From: Candidatus Oxydemutator sp.
GTDB lineage: Bacteria > Pseudomonadota > Gammaproteobacteria > Poriferisulfidales > Oxydemutatoraceae
Reading direction: 5' to 3'
Length of the DNA stretch: 64,000 nt
Assembly: GCA_965203445.1 (NCBI GenBank)
Contig: OZ241883.1
Coordinates: 576,001-640,000, forward strand
The notes under the pieces were generated by a model that was not told the DNA's origin, ran no database searches, and saw only the letters and a list, made by a program, of their open reading frames with translations. Both the position numbers and the translations under genes were made by a program. Positions 1-15,000 of this stretch are shown here, piece after piece. The first letter of the stretch is position 1. Every line of letters begins with the position of its first letter.

Positions 1-3000
1 CGTCGCTCGCCTCGATGATGGTCCTGACGGAAACCGGCATGCCCAGATCCACGCCGCGCGCGGGCGCCCCCGTGAGCCTCGCGCCCGTCAACGTCACCAC
101 CAGCACCTCGGAAAACTCGGGCGCGTCGTCGTCGCGCACCCCCACCGAAAACGACGCGCTGACGGCGCCCGATTCGATGGCCACGCTGCTCGCGGTCACG
201 CCGACAAAGTCGGCGGCGTCGACTTCGCCGCCGCCCACCGACCAATCCCAACGCGCACGCACCCCCGGCGGCAAGGCCTGCGGCAAGCGCACCACGTAAC
301 TCGCGGTGCCGCCTTCCGACACCGTCTCGCTGCCGGCGAGCGTCGGGGCAAGACTCACCGCCGGCTGCGCCTCCCGCTGCAACGTGCGACGCGCCACCTC
401 CGTGTCGGTAGCGCCGCCGAACACCAGCACCGGGTAATCGAACACGCTGCCGAAGTCCCACGGCGCGTCGTCGTTCAAGTCGCCGTCGCGTCCCCGATCC
501 ACGCCGTCCACGTCCAACTGGTCCCAACCGGCGTAGATCGTGCCCGCGGTCGTCGTCGGGACGCGCAACTCGCTCGACGTCTTCGAGGTGTCGTCCGGAC
601 TCGGCGCATTCGTTCCGCAGCAACGGCTCAGACCGCTGCGCTCGGCGTCAAAATAACTCGACTCGACCACGGCGCCGACTACCCGGTTGCCTATCAGACC
701 GCCGGCCGTGGCCGTCCCCGTCGTTACCCCGACCGAGTAGCTGGCGCTGACCACCGACGCGCCACCGGCTTCGCCCACCAGACCGCCCGCGTTGCTTCCC
801 TCCGCATGCACCTCCACGTCGGCGTAACTCGCCACCAGCCTGCCGTAATGACCCCCTATCAAACCGCCCACTCTCGAGGCGCCGGATACGCGACCGCCAC
901 TCACGTAACTCGCCGCCACCTTGCCCTCGTTGCGGCCCACCAGCGCACCGGTATAGGTGCTGCTGCGGCCCAAGTTCATCCGCGCGTTGCGCAAGCCCAC
1001 GTTGCGGATCACGCCGGCGGCGCCGACGGCGCCGAACAAACCCACGTGATACCACGACCCGCTCCTGGTCACCCGCAAATTGCTGATGACGTGGCCGTTG
1101 CCTTCAAAAATGGCGCTGTACGCATCCCCCGGAAGGTCTTGAAGCCCGACCCCCCCGCCTAACGGCGTCCAGTCCGGGATGCCGGACAAGTCCAGATCGT
1201 TGGACAACTCGTAGCCGGTGCACGTGCTCGGACAGGTCCGTTTCTCGTCGAAAAAGGGAAACGCCGCATAATAAGCGGATTTGTTAGTCTTGCTCACGCC
1301 CGCCGGCCCGACACCGCCCAGGTCGTAGCGTATCGCCGCCAACTGCGACGTCGTCTCCACGTCTATCAAGGTGTCGCCGTCGCCGTTGTAGATTGTTTCG
1401 TCGCTCGCCTCGATGATGGTCCTGACGGAAACCGGCATGCCCAGATCCACGCCACGCGCGGGCGCCCCCGTGAGCCTCGCGCCCGTCAACGTCACCACCA
1501 GCACCTCGGAAAACTCGGGCGCGTCGTCATCAAACACCCCCACCGAAAACGACGCGCTGACGGCGCCCGATTCGATGACCACGCTGCTCGCAGTCACGCC
1601 GACAAAGTCGGCGGCGTCGGCTTCGCCGCCGCCCACCGACCAATCCCAGCTCGCACGCACCCCCGGCGGCAAGGCCTGCGGCAAGCGCACCACGTAACTC
1701 GCGGTGCCGCCTTCCGACACCGTCTCGCTGCCGGCGAGCGTCGGGGCAAGACTCACCGCCGGCTGCGCCTCCCGCTGCGACGTGCGACGCGCCTGCACCG
1801 TTTCGGTGGAGCCGCCGAACACCAGCACCGGGTAATCGAACACGCTGCCGAAGTCCCACGGACTGTCGTCGTTCAAGTCCCCGTTGTCACCCTGATCCAA
1901 GCCGTCCACGTTCAACTGATCCCAACCCGCATAGATCGTGCCCGCGGTCGTCGTCGGGACGCGCAATTCGCTCGACGTCTTCGAGGTGTCGTCCGGACTC
2001 GGCGCATTCGTTCCGCAGCAACGGCTCAAGCCGCTGCGCTCGGCGTCAAAATAACTCGACTCGACCACGGCGCCGGCAACCCGGTTGCCTATCAGACCGC
2101 CGGCCGTGGCCGTCCCCGTCGTTACCCCGACCGAGTAGCTGGCGCTGACCACCGACGCGCCACCGGCTTCGCCCACCAGACCGCCCGCGTTGCTTTCCTC
2201 CGCATGCACCTCCACGTCGGCGTAACTCGCCACCAGCCTGCCGTAATGACCCCCTATCAAACCGCCCACCCCCGAGGCGCCGGATATGCGACCGCCACTC
2301 ACGTAACTCGCCGCCACCTTGCCCTCGTTGCGGCCCACCAGCGCACCGGTATAGGTGCTGCTGCGACCCAAGACCACCCGCGCGTTGCGCAAGCCCACGT
2401 TGCGGATCACGCCGGCGGCGCCGACGGCGCCGAACAAACCCACGTGATACCACGACCCGCTCCTGGTCACCCGCAAATTGCTGATGACGTGGCCGTTGCC
2501 TTCAAAAATGGCGCTGTACGCATCCCCCGGAAGGTCTTGAAGCCCGACCCCCCCGCCTAACGGCGTCCAGTCCGGGATGCCGGACAAGTCCAGATCGTTG
2601 GACAACTCGTAGCCGGTGCACGTGCTCGGACAGGTCCGTTTCTCGTCGAAAAAGGGAAACGCCGCATAATAAGCGGATTTGTTAGTCTTGCTCACGCCCG
2701 CCGGCCCGACACCGCCCAGGTCGTAGCGGATCGCCGCCAACTGCGACGTCGTCTCCACGTCTATCAAGGTATCGCCGTCGCCGTTGTAGATTGTTTCGTC
2801 GCTCGCCTCGATGATGGTCCTGACGGAAAGCGGCACGCCTAAACTCACGTGCGCGGGCGCCCCCGTGAGCCTCGCGCCCGTCAACGTCACCACCAACACC
2901 TCGGACAACTCGGGCATGCCGTCGTCGCGCACCCTCAACGAAAACGACGCGCTGACGGCGCCCGAGACGATGACCACGTTGCCTGCGGTCGTGCCGACAA

Positions 3001-6000
3001 AGTCGTCGGCGTCGACTTCGCCGCCGCCCACCGACCAATCCCAACGCGCACGCACCCCCGGCGGCAAGGCCTGCGGCAAGCGCACCACGTAACTCGCGGT
3101 GCCGCCTTCCGACACCGTCTCGCTGCCGGTGAGCGTCGGGGCAAGACTCACCGCCGGCTGCGCCTCCCGCTGCGACGTGCGACGCGCCGCCTCCGTGTCG
3201 GTAGCGCCGCCGAACACCAATACCGGGTAATCAAACACGCTGCCGAAGTCCCACGGACTGTCGTCGTTCAAGTTGCCGTCGCGTCCCCGATCCAAGCCGT
3301 CCACGTTCAACTGATCCCAACCCGCATAGATCGTGCCCGCGGTCGTCGTCGGGACGCGCAATTCGCTCGACGTCTTCGAGGTGTCGTCCGGACTCGGCGC
3401 ATTCGTTCCGCAGCAACGGCTCAAGCCGCTGCGCTCGGCGTCAAAATAACTCGACTCCACCACGGCGCCGACTACCCGGTTGCCTATCAGACCGCCGGCC
3501 GTGGTCGTCCCCGTCGTTACCCCGACCGAGTAGCTGGCGCTGACCACCGACGCGGCGCCGGCTTCGCCCACCAGACCACCCGCGTTGCTTTCCTCCGCAT
3601 GCACCTCCACGTCGGCGTAACTCGCCACCAGCCCGCCGTAATGACCCCCTATCAAACCGCCCACTCTCGAGGCGCCGGATACGCGACCGCCGATCACGTA
3701 ACTCGCCGCCACCTTGCCCTCGTTGCGGCCCACCAGCGCACCGGTATAGGTGCTGCTGCGACCCAAGACCACCCGCGCGTTGCGCAAGCCCACGTTGCGG
3801 ATCACGCCGCCGGCGCCGACGGCGCCGAACAAACCCACGTGATACCGCTGCCCGTCCCCGGTCATCGTCAGATTGCTGACGACGCGGCCGTTGCCTTCAA
3901 AAACCGCAGTGTAATAATCCACCGGAGCTTCCACCCCCGAGCCCCCGCCTATCGGCGTCCAGTCGGGGATGCCAGACAAGTCCAGGTCGGCCGACAACTC
4001 GTAGCCGGTGCACGTGCTCGGACAGGTCCGTTTCTCGTCGAAAAAGGGAAACGCCGCATAATAAGCGGCCTTGTTCGCACTGCTCACGCCCGCCGGCCCG
4101 ACACCGCCCAGGTCGTAGCGTATCGCCGCCAACTGCGACGTCGTCTCCACGTCTATCAAGGTATCGCCGTCGCCGTTGTAGATTGTTTCGTCGCTCGCCT
4201 CGATCGTGGTCCTGACGGAAAGCGGCACGCCTAAACTCACGCGCGCGGGCGCCCCCGTGAGCCTCGCGCCCGTCAACGTCACCACCAGCACCTCGGAAAA
4301 CTCGGGCGCGTCGTCGTCGCGCACCGCCACCGAAAACGACGCGCTGACGGCGCCCGAGACGATGGCCACGTTGCCCGTGGTCGCGCCGATAAAGTCGTCG
4401 GCGTCGACTTCGCCGCCGCCCACCGACCAATCCCAATGCGCACGCACCCCCGGCGGCAAGGCCTGCGGCAAGCGCACCACGTAACTCGCGGTGCCGCCTT
4501 CCGACACCGTCTCGCTGCCGGTGAGCGTCGGGGCAAGACTCACCGCCGGCTGCGCCTCCCGCTGCGACGTGCGACGCGCCGCCTCCGTGTCGGTAGCGCC
4601 GCCGAACACCAATACCGGGTAATCAAACACGCTGCCGAAGTCCCACGGACTGTCGTCGTTCAAGTTGCCGTCGCGTCCCCGATCCAAGCCGTCCACGTTC
4701 AACTGATCCCAACCCGCATAGATCGTGCCCGCGGTCGTCGTCGGGACGCGCAACTCGCTCGACGTCCTCGGGGCAACGTTGTCCGTATCACCCGGCTCCG
4801 TTCCGCAGCAACTGGCCTGGAGGCTGCGCCCCGTGTCAAAATAACTGGACTCCACCACGGCGCCGGCTAGCCTCTGCCCTATCAGGCCGCCGGCCGTAGC
4901 CCCCGTCGGTTCCCCGACGGAGTAACTGGCGCTGACCACCGACGCGCCGCCGGCCTCGCCCACCAGACCGCCCACGTTGGCCCCCCCTGCATGCACTTCC
5001 ACGTCGGCGTAACTCGCCACCAACCTGCCGAAGTTACCCCCTATCAAGCCACCCACCGCCCATACGCCGGATATGCGACCGCCACTGACGTAACTCGCCG
5101 CCACTTTGCCCTCGTTGCGACCCACCAGCGCTCCTATATAAGTACTATGATTACCCAGGGACACCCGCGCGTCGCGCAAGCCCACGTTGCGAATCACGCC
5201 GACGGCGCTCACGGCGCCGAACAAACCCGCGTGAGACAACCGTCCATCCCTGGTCATCCGCATATTGCTGATGACGTGGCCGTTGCCTTCAAAAACAGCG
5301 GTGTAATAATCCTCATCCAGAAGGGGGCTAACCCCCCCGCCCAGCGGCGTCCAGCCCGGGCCCGGGGCCGGTTCCACGCTGGACAAGTCCAGGTCGGCCG
5401 ACAACTCGTAGCCGGTGCACGTGGTAGGGCAGGTCTGCTCCACGTCGAAAACGGGAAACGCATCCAGATAAGCGTCCCTGTTCGCATCGCCGCTCACGCC
5501 CGCCAACCCGACACCGTCCAGGTCATAGCGGATCATCGCCAACTGCGACGTCGTCGCCACCTCTATCAAGGTGTCATTGTCAAGATCGTAGTCTATCTCG
5601 CCGCTCCCCTCGATGGTGGTCCTGACGGAAACCGGCACGCCTACACTCACGTGCGCGGGTGCCCCCGTGAGCCTTGCGCCCGTCAACGTTACCACCAGCA
5701 CCTCGGAAAACTCGAGCTCGCCGTCCACGCGCACCCTCAACGAAAACGACGCACTGACGGCGCCCGAGACGATGACCACGGTGCCCGTGATCGCGTCGAC
5801 AAAGTCGTCGGCGTCGACTTCGCCGCCGCCCACCGACCAATCCCAGCTCGCACGCACCCCCGGCGGCAAGGCCTGCGGCAAGCGCACCACGTAACTCGCG
5901 GTGCCGCCTTCCGACACCGTCTCGCTGCCGGCGAGCGTCGGTGCAAGACTCACCGCCGGCTGCGCCTCCCGCTGCAACGTGCGACGCGCCGCCTCCGTGT

Positions 6001-9000
6001 CGGTAGCACCGCCGAACACCAGCACCGGGTAATCGAACACGCTGCCGAAGTCCCACGGCGCGTCGTCGTTCAAGTCGCCGTCGCGTCCCCGATCCAAGCC
6101 GTCCACGTTCAACTGATCCCAACCCGCATAGATCGTGCCCGCGGTCGTCGTCGGGACGCGCAACTCGCTCGACGTCTTCGAGGTGTCGTCCGGACTCGGC
6201 GCATTCGTTCCGCAGCAACGGCTCAAGCCGCTGCGCTCGGCGTCAAAATAACTCGACTCCACCACGGCGCCGACCACCCGGTTCCCTATCAAACCGCCGA
6301 CCGTGCCGCTCCCCGTCGTTGCCCCGACCGAGTAGCTGGCGCTGACCACCGACGCGCCGCCGGCTTCGCCCACCAGACCGCCCGCGTTGCTTCCCTCCGC
6401 ATGCACCTCCACGTCGGCGTAACTCGCCACCAGCCCGCCGTAATGACCCCCTATCAAACCACCCACTCTCGAGGCGCCGGATATGCGACCGCCACTCACG
6501 TAACTCGCCGCCACCGTGCCCTCGTTGCGGCCCACCAGCGCACCGGTATAGGTGCTGCTGCGACCCAAGACCACCCGCGCGTTACGCAAGCCCACGTTGC
6601 GGATCGCGCCGTCGGCGCCGACGGCACCAAACAAACCCACGTGATACCGCTGCCCGTCCCCGGTCATCGTCAGATTGCTGACGACGCGGCCGTTGCCTTC
6701 AAAAACGGCGGTGTAAGAATCCACCGGATATTCCACCCCCGAGCCCCCGCCTATCGGCGTCCAGTCGGGGATGCCAGACAAGTCCAGGTCGGCCGACAAC
6801 TCGTAGCCGGTGCACGTGCCGGGGCAGATCTGCTCCACGTCGAAAACGGGAAACGCCGCCAGATAAGCGGCCCTGTTCGCATCGCCGCTCACGCCCGCCA
6901 ACCCGACACCGCCCAGGTCGTAGCGGATCGCCGCCAACTGCGACGTCGTCGCCACCTCTATCAAGTTGTCGTCGTCAACGTCGTAGTCTTTCGCGCCGCT
7001 CGCCTCGATCGTGGTCCTGACGGAAAGCGGCACGCCTAAACTCACGTGCGCGGGCGCCCCCGTGAGCCTCGCGCCCGTCAACGTCACCACCAGCACCTCG
7101 GACAACTCGGGCTCGTCGTCCACGCGCACCCTCAACGAAAACGACGCGCTGACGGCGCCCGATTCGATGGCCACGCTGCTCGCAGTCACGCCGACAAAGT
7201 CGTCGGCGTCGACTTCGCCGCCGCCCACCGACCAATCCCAACGCGCACGCACCCCCGGCGGCAAGGCCTGCGGCAAGCGCACCACGTAACTCGCGGTGCC
7301 GCCTTCCGACACCGTCTCGCTGCCGGCGAGCGTCGGGGCAAGACTCACCGCCGGCTGCGCCTCCCGCTGCGACGTGCGACGCGCCTGCACCGTTTCGGTG
7401 GAGCCGCCGAACACCAGCACCGGGTAATCGAACACGCTGCCGAAGTCCCACGGCGCGTCGTCGTTCAAGTTGCCGTCGCCTATCCGATCCAAGCCGTCCA
7501 CGTTCAACTGATCCCAACCGGCGTAGATCGTGCCCGCGGTCGTCGTCGGAACGCGCAACTGAGAGGAAGTCCTGGGCGCGGTATCCGTAGTCGGCACGTT
7601 CGTTCCGCAGCAACGGCTCAGACCGCTGCGCTCGGCGTCAAAATAACTCGACTCCACCACGGCGCCGACTACCCGGTTGCCTATCAGACCGCCGGCCGTG
7701 GCCGTCCCCGTCGTTACCCCGACCGAGTAGCTGGCGCTGACCACCGACGCGCCGCCGGCTTCGCCCGCCAGACCGCCCGCGTTGCTTCCCTCCGCATGCA
7801 CCTCCACGTCGGCGTAACTCGCAACCAACCGGCCGTAATGACCCCCTATCAAACCGCCCACCCCCGAGGCGCCGGATATGCGACCGCCGATCACGTAACT
7901 CGCCGCCACCTTGCCCTCGTTGCGGCCCACCAGCGCACCGGTATAGGTGCTGCTGCGACCCAAGTCCACCCGCGCGTTGCGCAAGCCCACGTTGCGGATC
8001 ACGCCGGCGGCGCCGACGGCGCCGAACAAACCCACGTGATACCGCTGCCCGTCCGTGGCCACCCGCAAATTGCTGATGACGTGGCCGTTGCCCTCGAAAA
8101 CAGCGGTGTAAGCATCCCCCGGAAGGTCTTGAAGCCCGACCCCCCCGCCTATCGGCGTCCAATCCGCTACGTCGGACAAGTCCAGGTCGCCCGACAACTC
8201 GTAGCCAGTGCACGTGCTCGGACAGGTCCGTTTCTCGTCGAAAAAGGGAAACGCCGCATAATAAGCGGCCCTGTTCGCATCGCTCACGCCCGCCAACCCG
8301 ACACCGCCCAGGTCGTAGCGGATCGCCGCCAACCGCGACGTCGTCGCCACGTCTATCAAACCGTCGTTGTCGTCGTCGTAATCTATCTCGTCGCTCGCCT
8401 CGATGATGGTCCTGACGGAAACCGGCGCGCCCAGATCCACGCCACGCGCGGGCGCCCCCGTGAGCCGCGCGCCCGTCAGCGTCACCACTATGACCTCGGA
8501 CAACTCGGGCTCGTCGTCGTCGCGCACCTCCACCGAAAACGACGCGCTGACGGCGCCCGATTCGATGGCCACGGTGCTTGCGGTCACGCCGACAAAGTCG
8601 GCGGCGTCGACGTCGCCGCCGCCCACCGACCAATCCCAACTCACGGTCACCCCCGCAGGCAAGGCCTGCGGCAGGCGCACTACGTAACTCGCGCTCTCGC
8701 CTTCCGACACCGTCGCGCTGCCGGTGAGCGTCGCCGCAAGACTTGCCTTCGGCTGCGCCTCCCGCTGCAACGTGCGACGCGCCGACTCCGTGTCGGTAGC
8801 GCCACCGAACACCAATACCGGATAATCGAACACGCTGCCGAAGTCCCACGGACTGTCGTCGTTCAAATCGTCGTCGCGTCCCTGATCCACGCCGTCCACG
8901 TTCAACTGGTCCCAACCGGCGTAGATGGTGCCCGTGGCCGTCGTCGGGGCGCGCAACTGGCTCGACGTCTTCGAGGTGTTGTCCGGATCCGGCGCCCCGA

Positions 9001-12000
9001 ATCCGCAGCAAGCGCTCTGGCCGCTGCGCTCGGCGTCATAATAACTGGACCACACCACGGTGCCGGCGGCTATATTCCCTATCAAGCCGCCACTCGGTAA
9101 CCCCCCCGTCGTTCTCCCGACCGAGTAGCTGGCGCTCACCACCGACGCGAAATCGGTTGCGCCTACCAGACCGCCCGCGTTACTTGCACTTGCACGCACT
9201 TCCACGTCGGCGTAACTCGCCACCAGACTGCCGTAATGACCCCCTATCAAACCGCCTATGTACAATGCGCCGGATATGCGACCGCCGCTGACGTAACTCG
9301 CCGCCACCGCGCCCTCGTTGGTTCCCACCAGCGCACCTACGTGCTCGCTATTCCCACCCAGGGACACCCGCGCGTTATGCAAACCCACGTTGCGGATCCT
9401 GCCGTCGGCACCCACGGCACCGAACAAACCCATGTAAAACCACTGTCCACTCCTGTTCATCCGCAAATTGCTGATGACGTGGCCGTTGCCTTCAAAAACG
9501 GCGGTGTAATAATCCACCGAATAGTTGTTATCCGGGATGCCCCCGCCTAGCGGCGTCCAGCCCGCGCCCGGGGCCGGCTCCACACTGGACAGGTCCAGGT
9601 CGGCCGCCAACTCGTAGCCGGTGCACGTTCTCGGACAGGTCTGCTTCTCGTCGAAAACGGGAAACGCCGCGAAATAAGCAAGTCTGTTCGCCTTGCCCAC
9701 CACGCCCGCTATCCCGGCACCGCCCAGGTCATAGCGGATCGCCGCCAACTGCGACGTCGTCGCCACGTCTATCAAGGTGTCGTTGTCGTCGTCGTAGTCG
9801 GTGCCGTCGCTTAACTCGATGATGGTCATCACGGAAGCCGGCACGCCTAAGCGCACGTACTGCGGCGCCCCCGTGAGCCGCGCGCTTGCCAACGCGACCA
9901 CCAGTACCTCGGACAACTCGGGCTCGTCGTCGTCGCGCACCCGCAACGAAAACGACGCGCTGACGGCGCCCGAGACGATGGCCACGCTGCCCGCGGTCAC
10001 GCCGACAAAGTCGGCGGCGTCGACTTCGCCGCCCACCGACCAATCCCAACTCGCGGTCGTCTCCAGCGGCAAAGCCCCCGGCAAACTCACCACGTACGTC
10101 GCGGTGCCACCTTCCGACACCGTCGCGCTCCCGGCAAGCGTCGGCGCAAAACTCACCGCCGGCTGCGCCTCCCGCTGCGACGCGCGACGCATCGCCATAG
10201 TCTCGGTGGCGCCGCCGAACACCAACACCGGGTAATCGAACACGCTGCCGAAGTCCCACGGCGCGTCGTCGTTATAGTTGCCGTCGCGTCTCCGATCCAC
10301 GTTGTCCACGTTCAACTTGTCCCAACCCGCATAAATCGTGCCCGTCGCCGTCGTCGGGACGCGCAACTGAGAGGAAGTCCTGGGCGCAGTGTCCGTGGTC
10401 GGCACGTTCGTTCCACAGCAACGGCTCAGGCCGCTGCGCTCGGAGTCAAAATAACTGGACTCCAGCGCGGCGGCAGCGTGCTTCCTCCCTATCAAACCGC
10501 CGACCGTGCTCGTCCCCGTCGTTACCCCGACCGAGTAGCTGGCGTTGACCACCGACGCGCCGCCGGCTTCGCCTACCAGACCGCCCGCGTTGCTTCCCTC
10601 TGCATGCACCTCCACGTCGGCGTAACTCGCCACCAAACTGCCGTAATGACCCCCTATCAAACCACCCACTCTCGAGGCGCCGGATATGCGACCGCCTATC
10701 ACGTAACTCGCCGCCACCTTGCCCTCGTTGCGGCCCACCAACGCACCGGTATAGGTGCTGCTGCGACCCAAGGCCCCTAAGGCCACCCGCGCGTTGCGCA
10801 AGCCCACGTTGCGGATCACGCCGTCGGCGCCGACGGCGCCGAACAAACCCACGTGATACCACTGCCCGTCCCCGGTCATCGTCAGATTGCTGATGACGTG
10901 GCCGTTGCCTTCAAAAACCGCGGTGTAAGAATCCGGCGGAGATTCCACCCCCGAGCCCCCGCCTATCGGCGTCCAGTCCGGGATGCCGGACAAGTCCAGG
11001 TCGCCCGACAACTCGTAGCCGGTGCACGTGCTGGGACAGGTCCGTTTCTCGTCGAAAAAGGGAAACGCCGCATAATAAGCGGCCCTGTTCGCGTCGCTCA
11101 CGCCCGCCGGCCCGACACCGCCCAGGTCGTAGCGGATCGCCGCCAACCGCGACGTCGTCGCCACGTCTATCAAGGTGTCGTTGTCGTCGTTGTAGTCGCT
11201 ACCGTCGCTGAACTCGATGATGGTGCTGACGGAAGCCGGCGCGCCCACGGTCACGTCCTGCGGCGCCCCCGCGAGCCGCGCGCTTGCCAACGTTACCACC
11301 AGTACCTCGGGAAACTCGGGCGCGTCGTCATCGAACACCCTGACCGAAAACGACGCGCTGCTCGCGCCGGAACCGATGGCCACGATGCCGGTCGTGCCGA
11401 CAAAGTCGTCGGCGTCGACTTCGTCGCCGCCCACCATCCAATTCCAGCTCGCGGTCACCCCTGCCGGCAGGATCACCGGCAAACTCACCACGTAACTCGC
11501 GACCTCGCCTTCCGCCACCGTCGCGCTGCCGGTGAGCGTCGCCGCGAGACCTACCGGCGGCTGCGTCTCCCGCTGCGACGTGCGGCGCGCCAACCTCGTC
11601 TCGGTAGCGCCGCCGAACACCAGCACCGGATAATCGAACGCGGTGCCGAAATCCCACGGCGCGTCGTCGTTGTAGTCGCCGTCGTCGCCCTGATCCACGC
11701 GGTCCACGTTCAACTTGTCCCAACCCGCGTAGATCGTGCCCGCGGCCGTGGTCGGGGCGCGCAACTGGTGTGACGTCTTCGATCCGCAGCAATCACTCTG
11801 GACGCCGCGCTCTTTGTCAAAATAACTGGACTCCACCACGGAGTTGCGAAACCCACTCCCTATCAAGCCGCCAATCGGGGAAAAAAATCCCGTCACTCTC
11901 CCGACGGAGTAGCTGGCGCTGACCACCGACGCGAGATCGGCCTGGCCTACCAGGCCGCCCACTGTACTGAATGCATGCACTGCCACGTCGGCGTAACTCG

Positions 12001-15000
12001 CCACTACCCTGCCTGCATTATTCCCTATCAAGCCACCCACCCCAAATCCGCCGGATACGCGACCGCCAATCACGTAGCTCACCGCCACTTGGCCCCGGTT
12101 GTCTCCCACCAGCGCACCTACAAAGGGGCTTTGGCCAAAGCCAGAGGCCGCCACCTCCACCCGTGCGTTACGCAAGCCCACGTTGCGGATTGTGCCGCTG
12201 GCACTCACGGCACCGAACAAACCCATCTGATACCACCCCTCGTCCCTGGCCACCCGCAAATTGCTGATGACGTGGCCGTTGCCTTCAAAAACAGCGGTGT
12301 AGTAATCCCCTGGAAAGTCTTGAACCTCAACACCCCCGCCTAGCGGCGTCCAGCCCGTGCCCGGGTGCGGCTCCACGCTGGACAGATCCAGGTCGGCCGA
12401 TAACTCGTAGCCGGCGCACGTGCCAGGGCAGGTTTGGACCTGATCAAACTCATCGAACAAGGGAAACGCCGCCAGATAAGCGGCCCTGTTGGCACTGCTC
12501 ACGCCCGCCAGCCCGGCACCGTCCAGGTCGTAGCGGATCGCCGCCAACTGCGACGTCGTCGCCACCTCTATCAGGTTGTCGTCGTCGACGTCGTAGTCCA
12601 GCGCGTCGCTGAACTCGATGGTGGTCTTCACGGAAACCGGCACGCCCAGATCCACACCACGCGCGGGCGCCCCCGTGAGCCGCGCGCTTGCCAACGTTAC
12701 CACCAGTACCTCGGAAAACTCAGGGATCGCGTCATCGAAGACCCCGACCGAAAACGACGCGCTGACGGCGCCCGAGGCGACGACCACGCTGCCGGTCACG
12801 CCGACAAAGTCGGCGACGGTGACTTCGTCGCCGCCCACCGACCAATCCCAACGCACGCTCACCCCCGGCGGCAAGGCCTGCGGCAAACTCACCACGTAAC
12901 TCGCGCTCTCGCCTTCCGACACCGTCACGCTGCCGGTGAGCGTCGCCGCAAGACTTACCCGCGGCTGCGTCTCCTGCTGCGACGTGCGGCGCATCGCCTC
13001 GGTCTCGGTAGCGCCGCCGAACACCAGCACCGGATAATCAAACGCGCCGCCGAAGTCCCACGGCGCGTCGTCGTTGTAGTCGTCGTCGTCGTTCTGATCC
13101 ACGCGGTCCACGTTCAACCGGTCCCAACCCGCGTAGATGGTGCCCGCGGCCGTCGTCGGGGCGCGCAACTCGCTCGACGTCTGCCGGGCGTCGTCCGGAT
13201 CCGGCACGTTCAAGCCGCAGCAGTCACGCTGGCCGCTGCGCTCCGCGTCAAAATAACTCGACTCCACCACGGCGCCGACGACCCGGTTCCCTACCAGGCC
13301 GCCGACCGGGCTGGCCCCCGCCGTTCTCCCGACCGAGTAGCTGGCGCTCACCACCGACGCGCCACCGACCTCGCCCGCCAGACCACCCACGTTGCTTTCA
13401 CCCGCCTGCACCTCCACGTCGGCGTAACTCGCCACCAGCCTGCCGTAATGACCCCCTATCAAACCGCCCACGAACCATACGCCGGATATGCGACCGCCAC
13501 TGACGTAACTCGCCGCCACCGTGCCCTCGTTGCGGCCCACCAGCGCGCCCGTGAACTCGCTGTTACTACCCAGGGACACCCGCGCGTCGCGCAAGCCCAC
13601 GTTGCGGATAGTGCCGGCGGCGCCGACGGCGCCGAACAAGCCCACGCGATACCACTGCCCGGCCCTGGCCACCCGCATATTGCGGATGACGTGGCCGTTG
13701 CCTTCAAAAACCGCGGTGTAGGCATCCCCCGGAAGGTCATGAAGCATGACGCCCCCGCCTATCGGCGTCCAGCCAGGGCCCGGGGCCGGGTTCACGCTGG
13801 ACAGATCCAGGTCGTTCACCAACTCGTAGCCGGTGCATGTTCTCGGACAGGTCTCCTGCTTGCCGAAAAAGGGAAACGCCGCCAGATACGCGTCCCTGTT
13901 CGCGTCGCTCACGCCCGCCAACCCGGCACCGCCCAGGTCGTGGCGGATCATCGCCAACTGCGACGTCGTCTCCACCTCTATCAAGGTGTCGTCGTCAAAG
14001 TCGTAGTCTATCTCGTCGCTCGCCTCGATCGTGGTCACCACGGAAACCGGTACGCCCAAACTCACGCCACGCGCGGGCAACCCCGTGAGCCTCGCGTTGC
14101 TCAACGTTACCACCAGAGCCTCGGGCAACTCGGGCTCGTCGTCATCGCGCACCCTGACCGAAAACGACGTGCTGTCGGCGCCCGAGGCGATGACCGCGTT
14201 GCCCGTGGTCGCGCCGACAAAGTCGGCGGTGTCGACTTCGCCGCCCACGACCCAACCCCAACGCACGATCACCCCCGGCGGCAAAGGCTCCGGCAAGCGC
14301 ACCACGTAACTCGCCCTCTCGCCTTCCGACACCGTCGTGCTCCCGACGAGCGTCGCCGCAAAATTGGCCTTCGGCTGCGCCTCCCGCTGCAACGTGCGAC
14401 GCGCCTGCATCGTTTCGGTAGAACCGCCGAACACCAGCACCGGATACTCGAACACGGTGCCGAAGTCCCACGGCGCGTCGTCGTTCAAGTTGCCGTCGCC
14501 TATCCGATCCAAGCCGTCCACGTTCAACTGATCCCAACCCGCGTAGATCGTGCCCGCGGTCGTCGTCGGGACGCGCAACTGGCTCGACGTCTTCGAGGTG
14601 TCGTCCGGACTCGGCGCATTCGTTCCGCAGCAACGGCTCAAGCCGCTGCGCTCGGCGTCAAAATAACTCGACTCCACCACGGCGCCGACTACCCGGTTGC
14701 CTATCAGACCGCCGGCCGTGGCCGTCCCCGTCGTTACCCCGACCGAGTAGCTGGCGCTGACCACCGACGCGCCGCCGGCTTCGCCCACCAGACCGCCCGC
14801 GTTGCTTCCCTCTGCATGCACTCCCACGTCGGCGTAACTCGCCACCAGCCCGCCGTAATGACCCCCTATCAAACCGCCCACTCCCGAGGCGCCGGATATG
14901 CGACCGCCGATCACGTAACTCGCCGCCACCTTGCCCTCGTTGCGGCCCACCAGCGCACCGGTATAGGTGCTGCTGCGACCCAAGTCCCCCAAGGCCACCC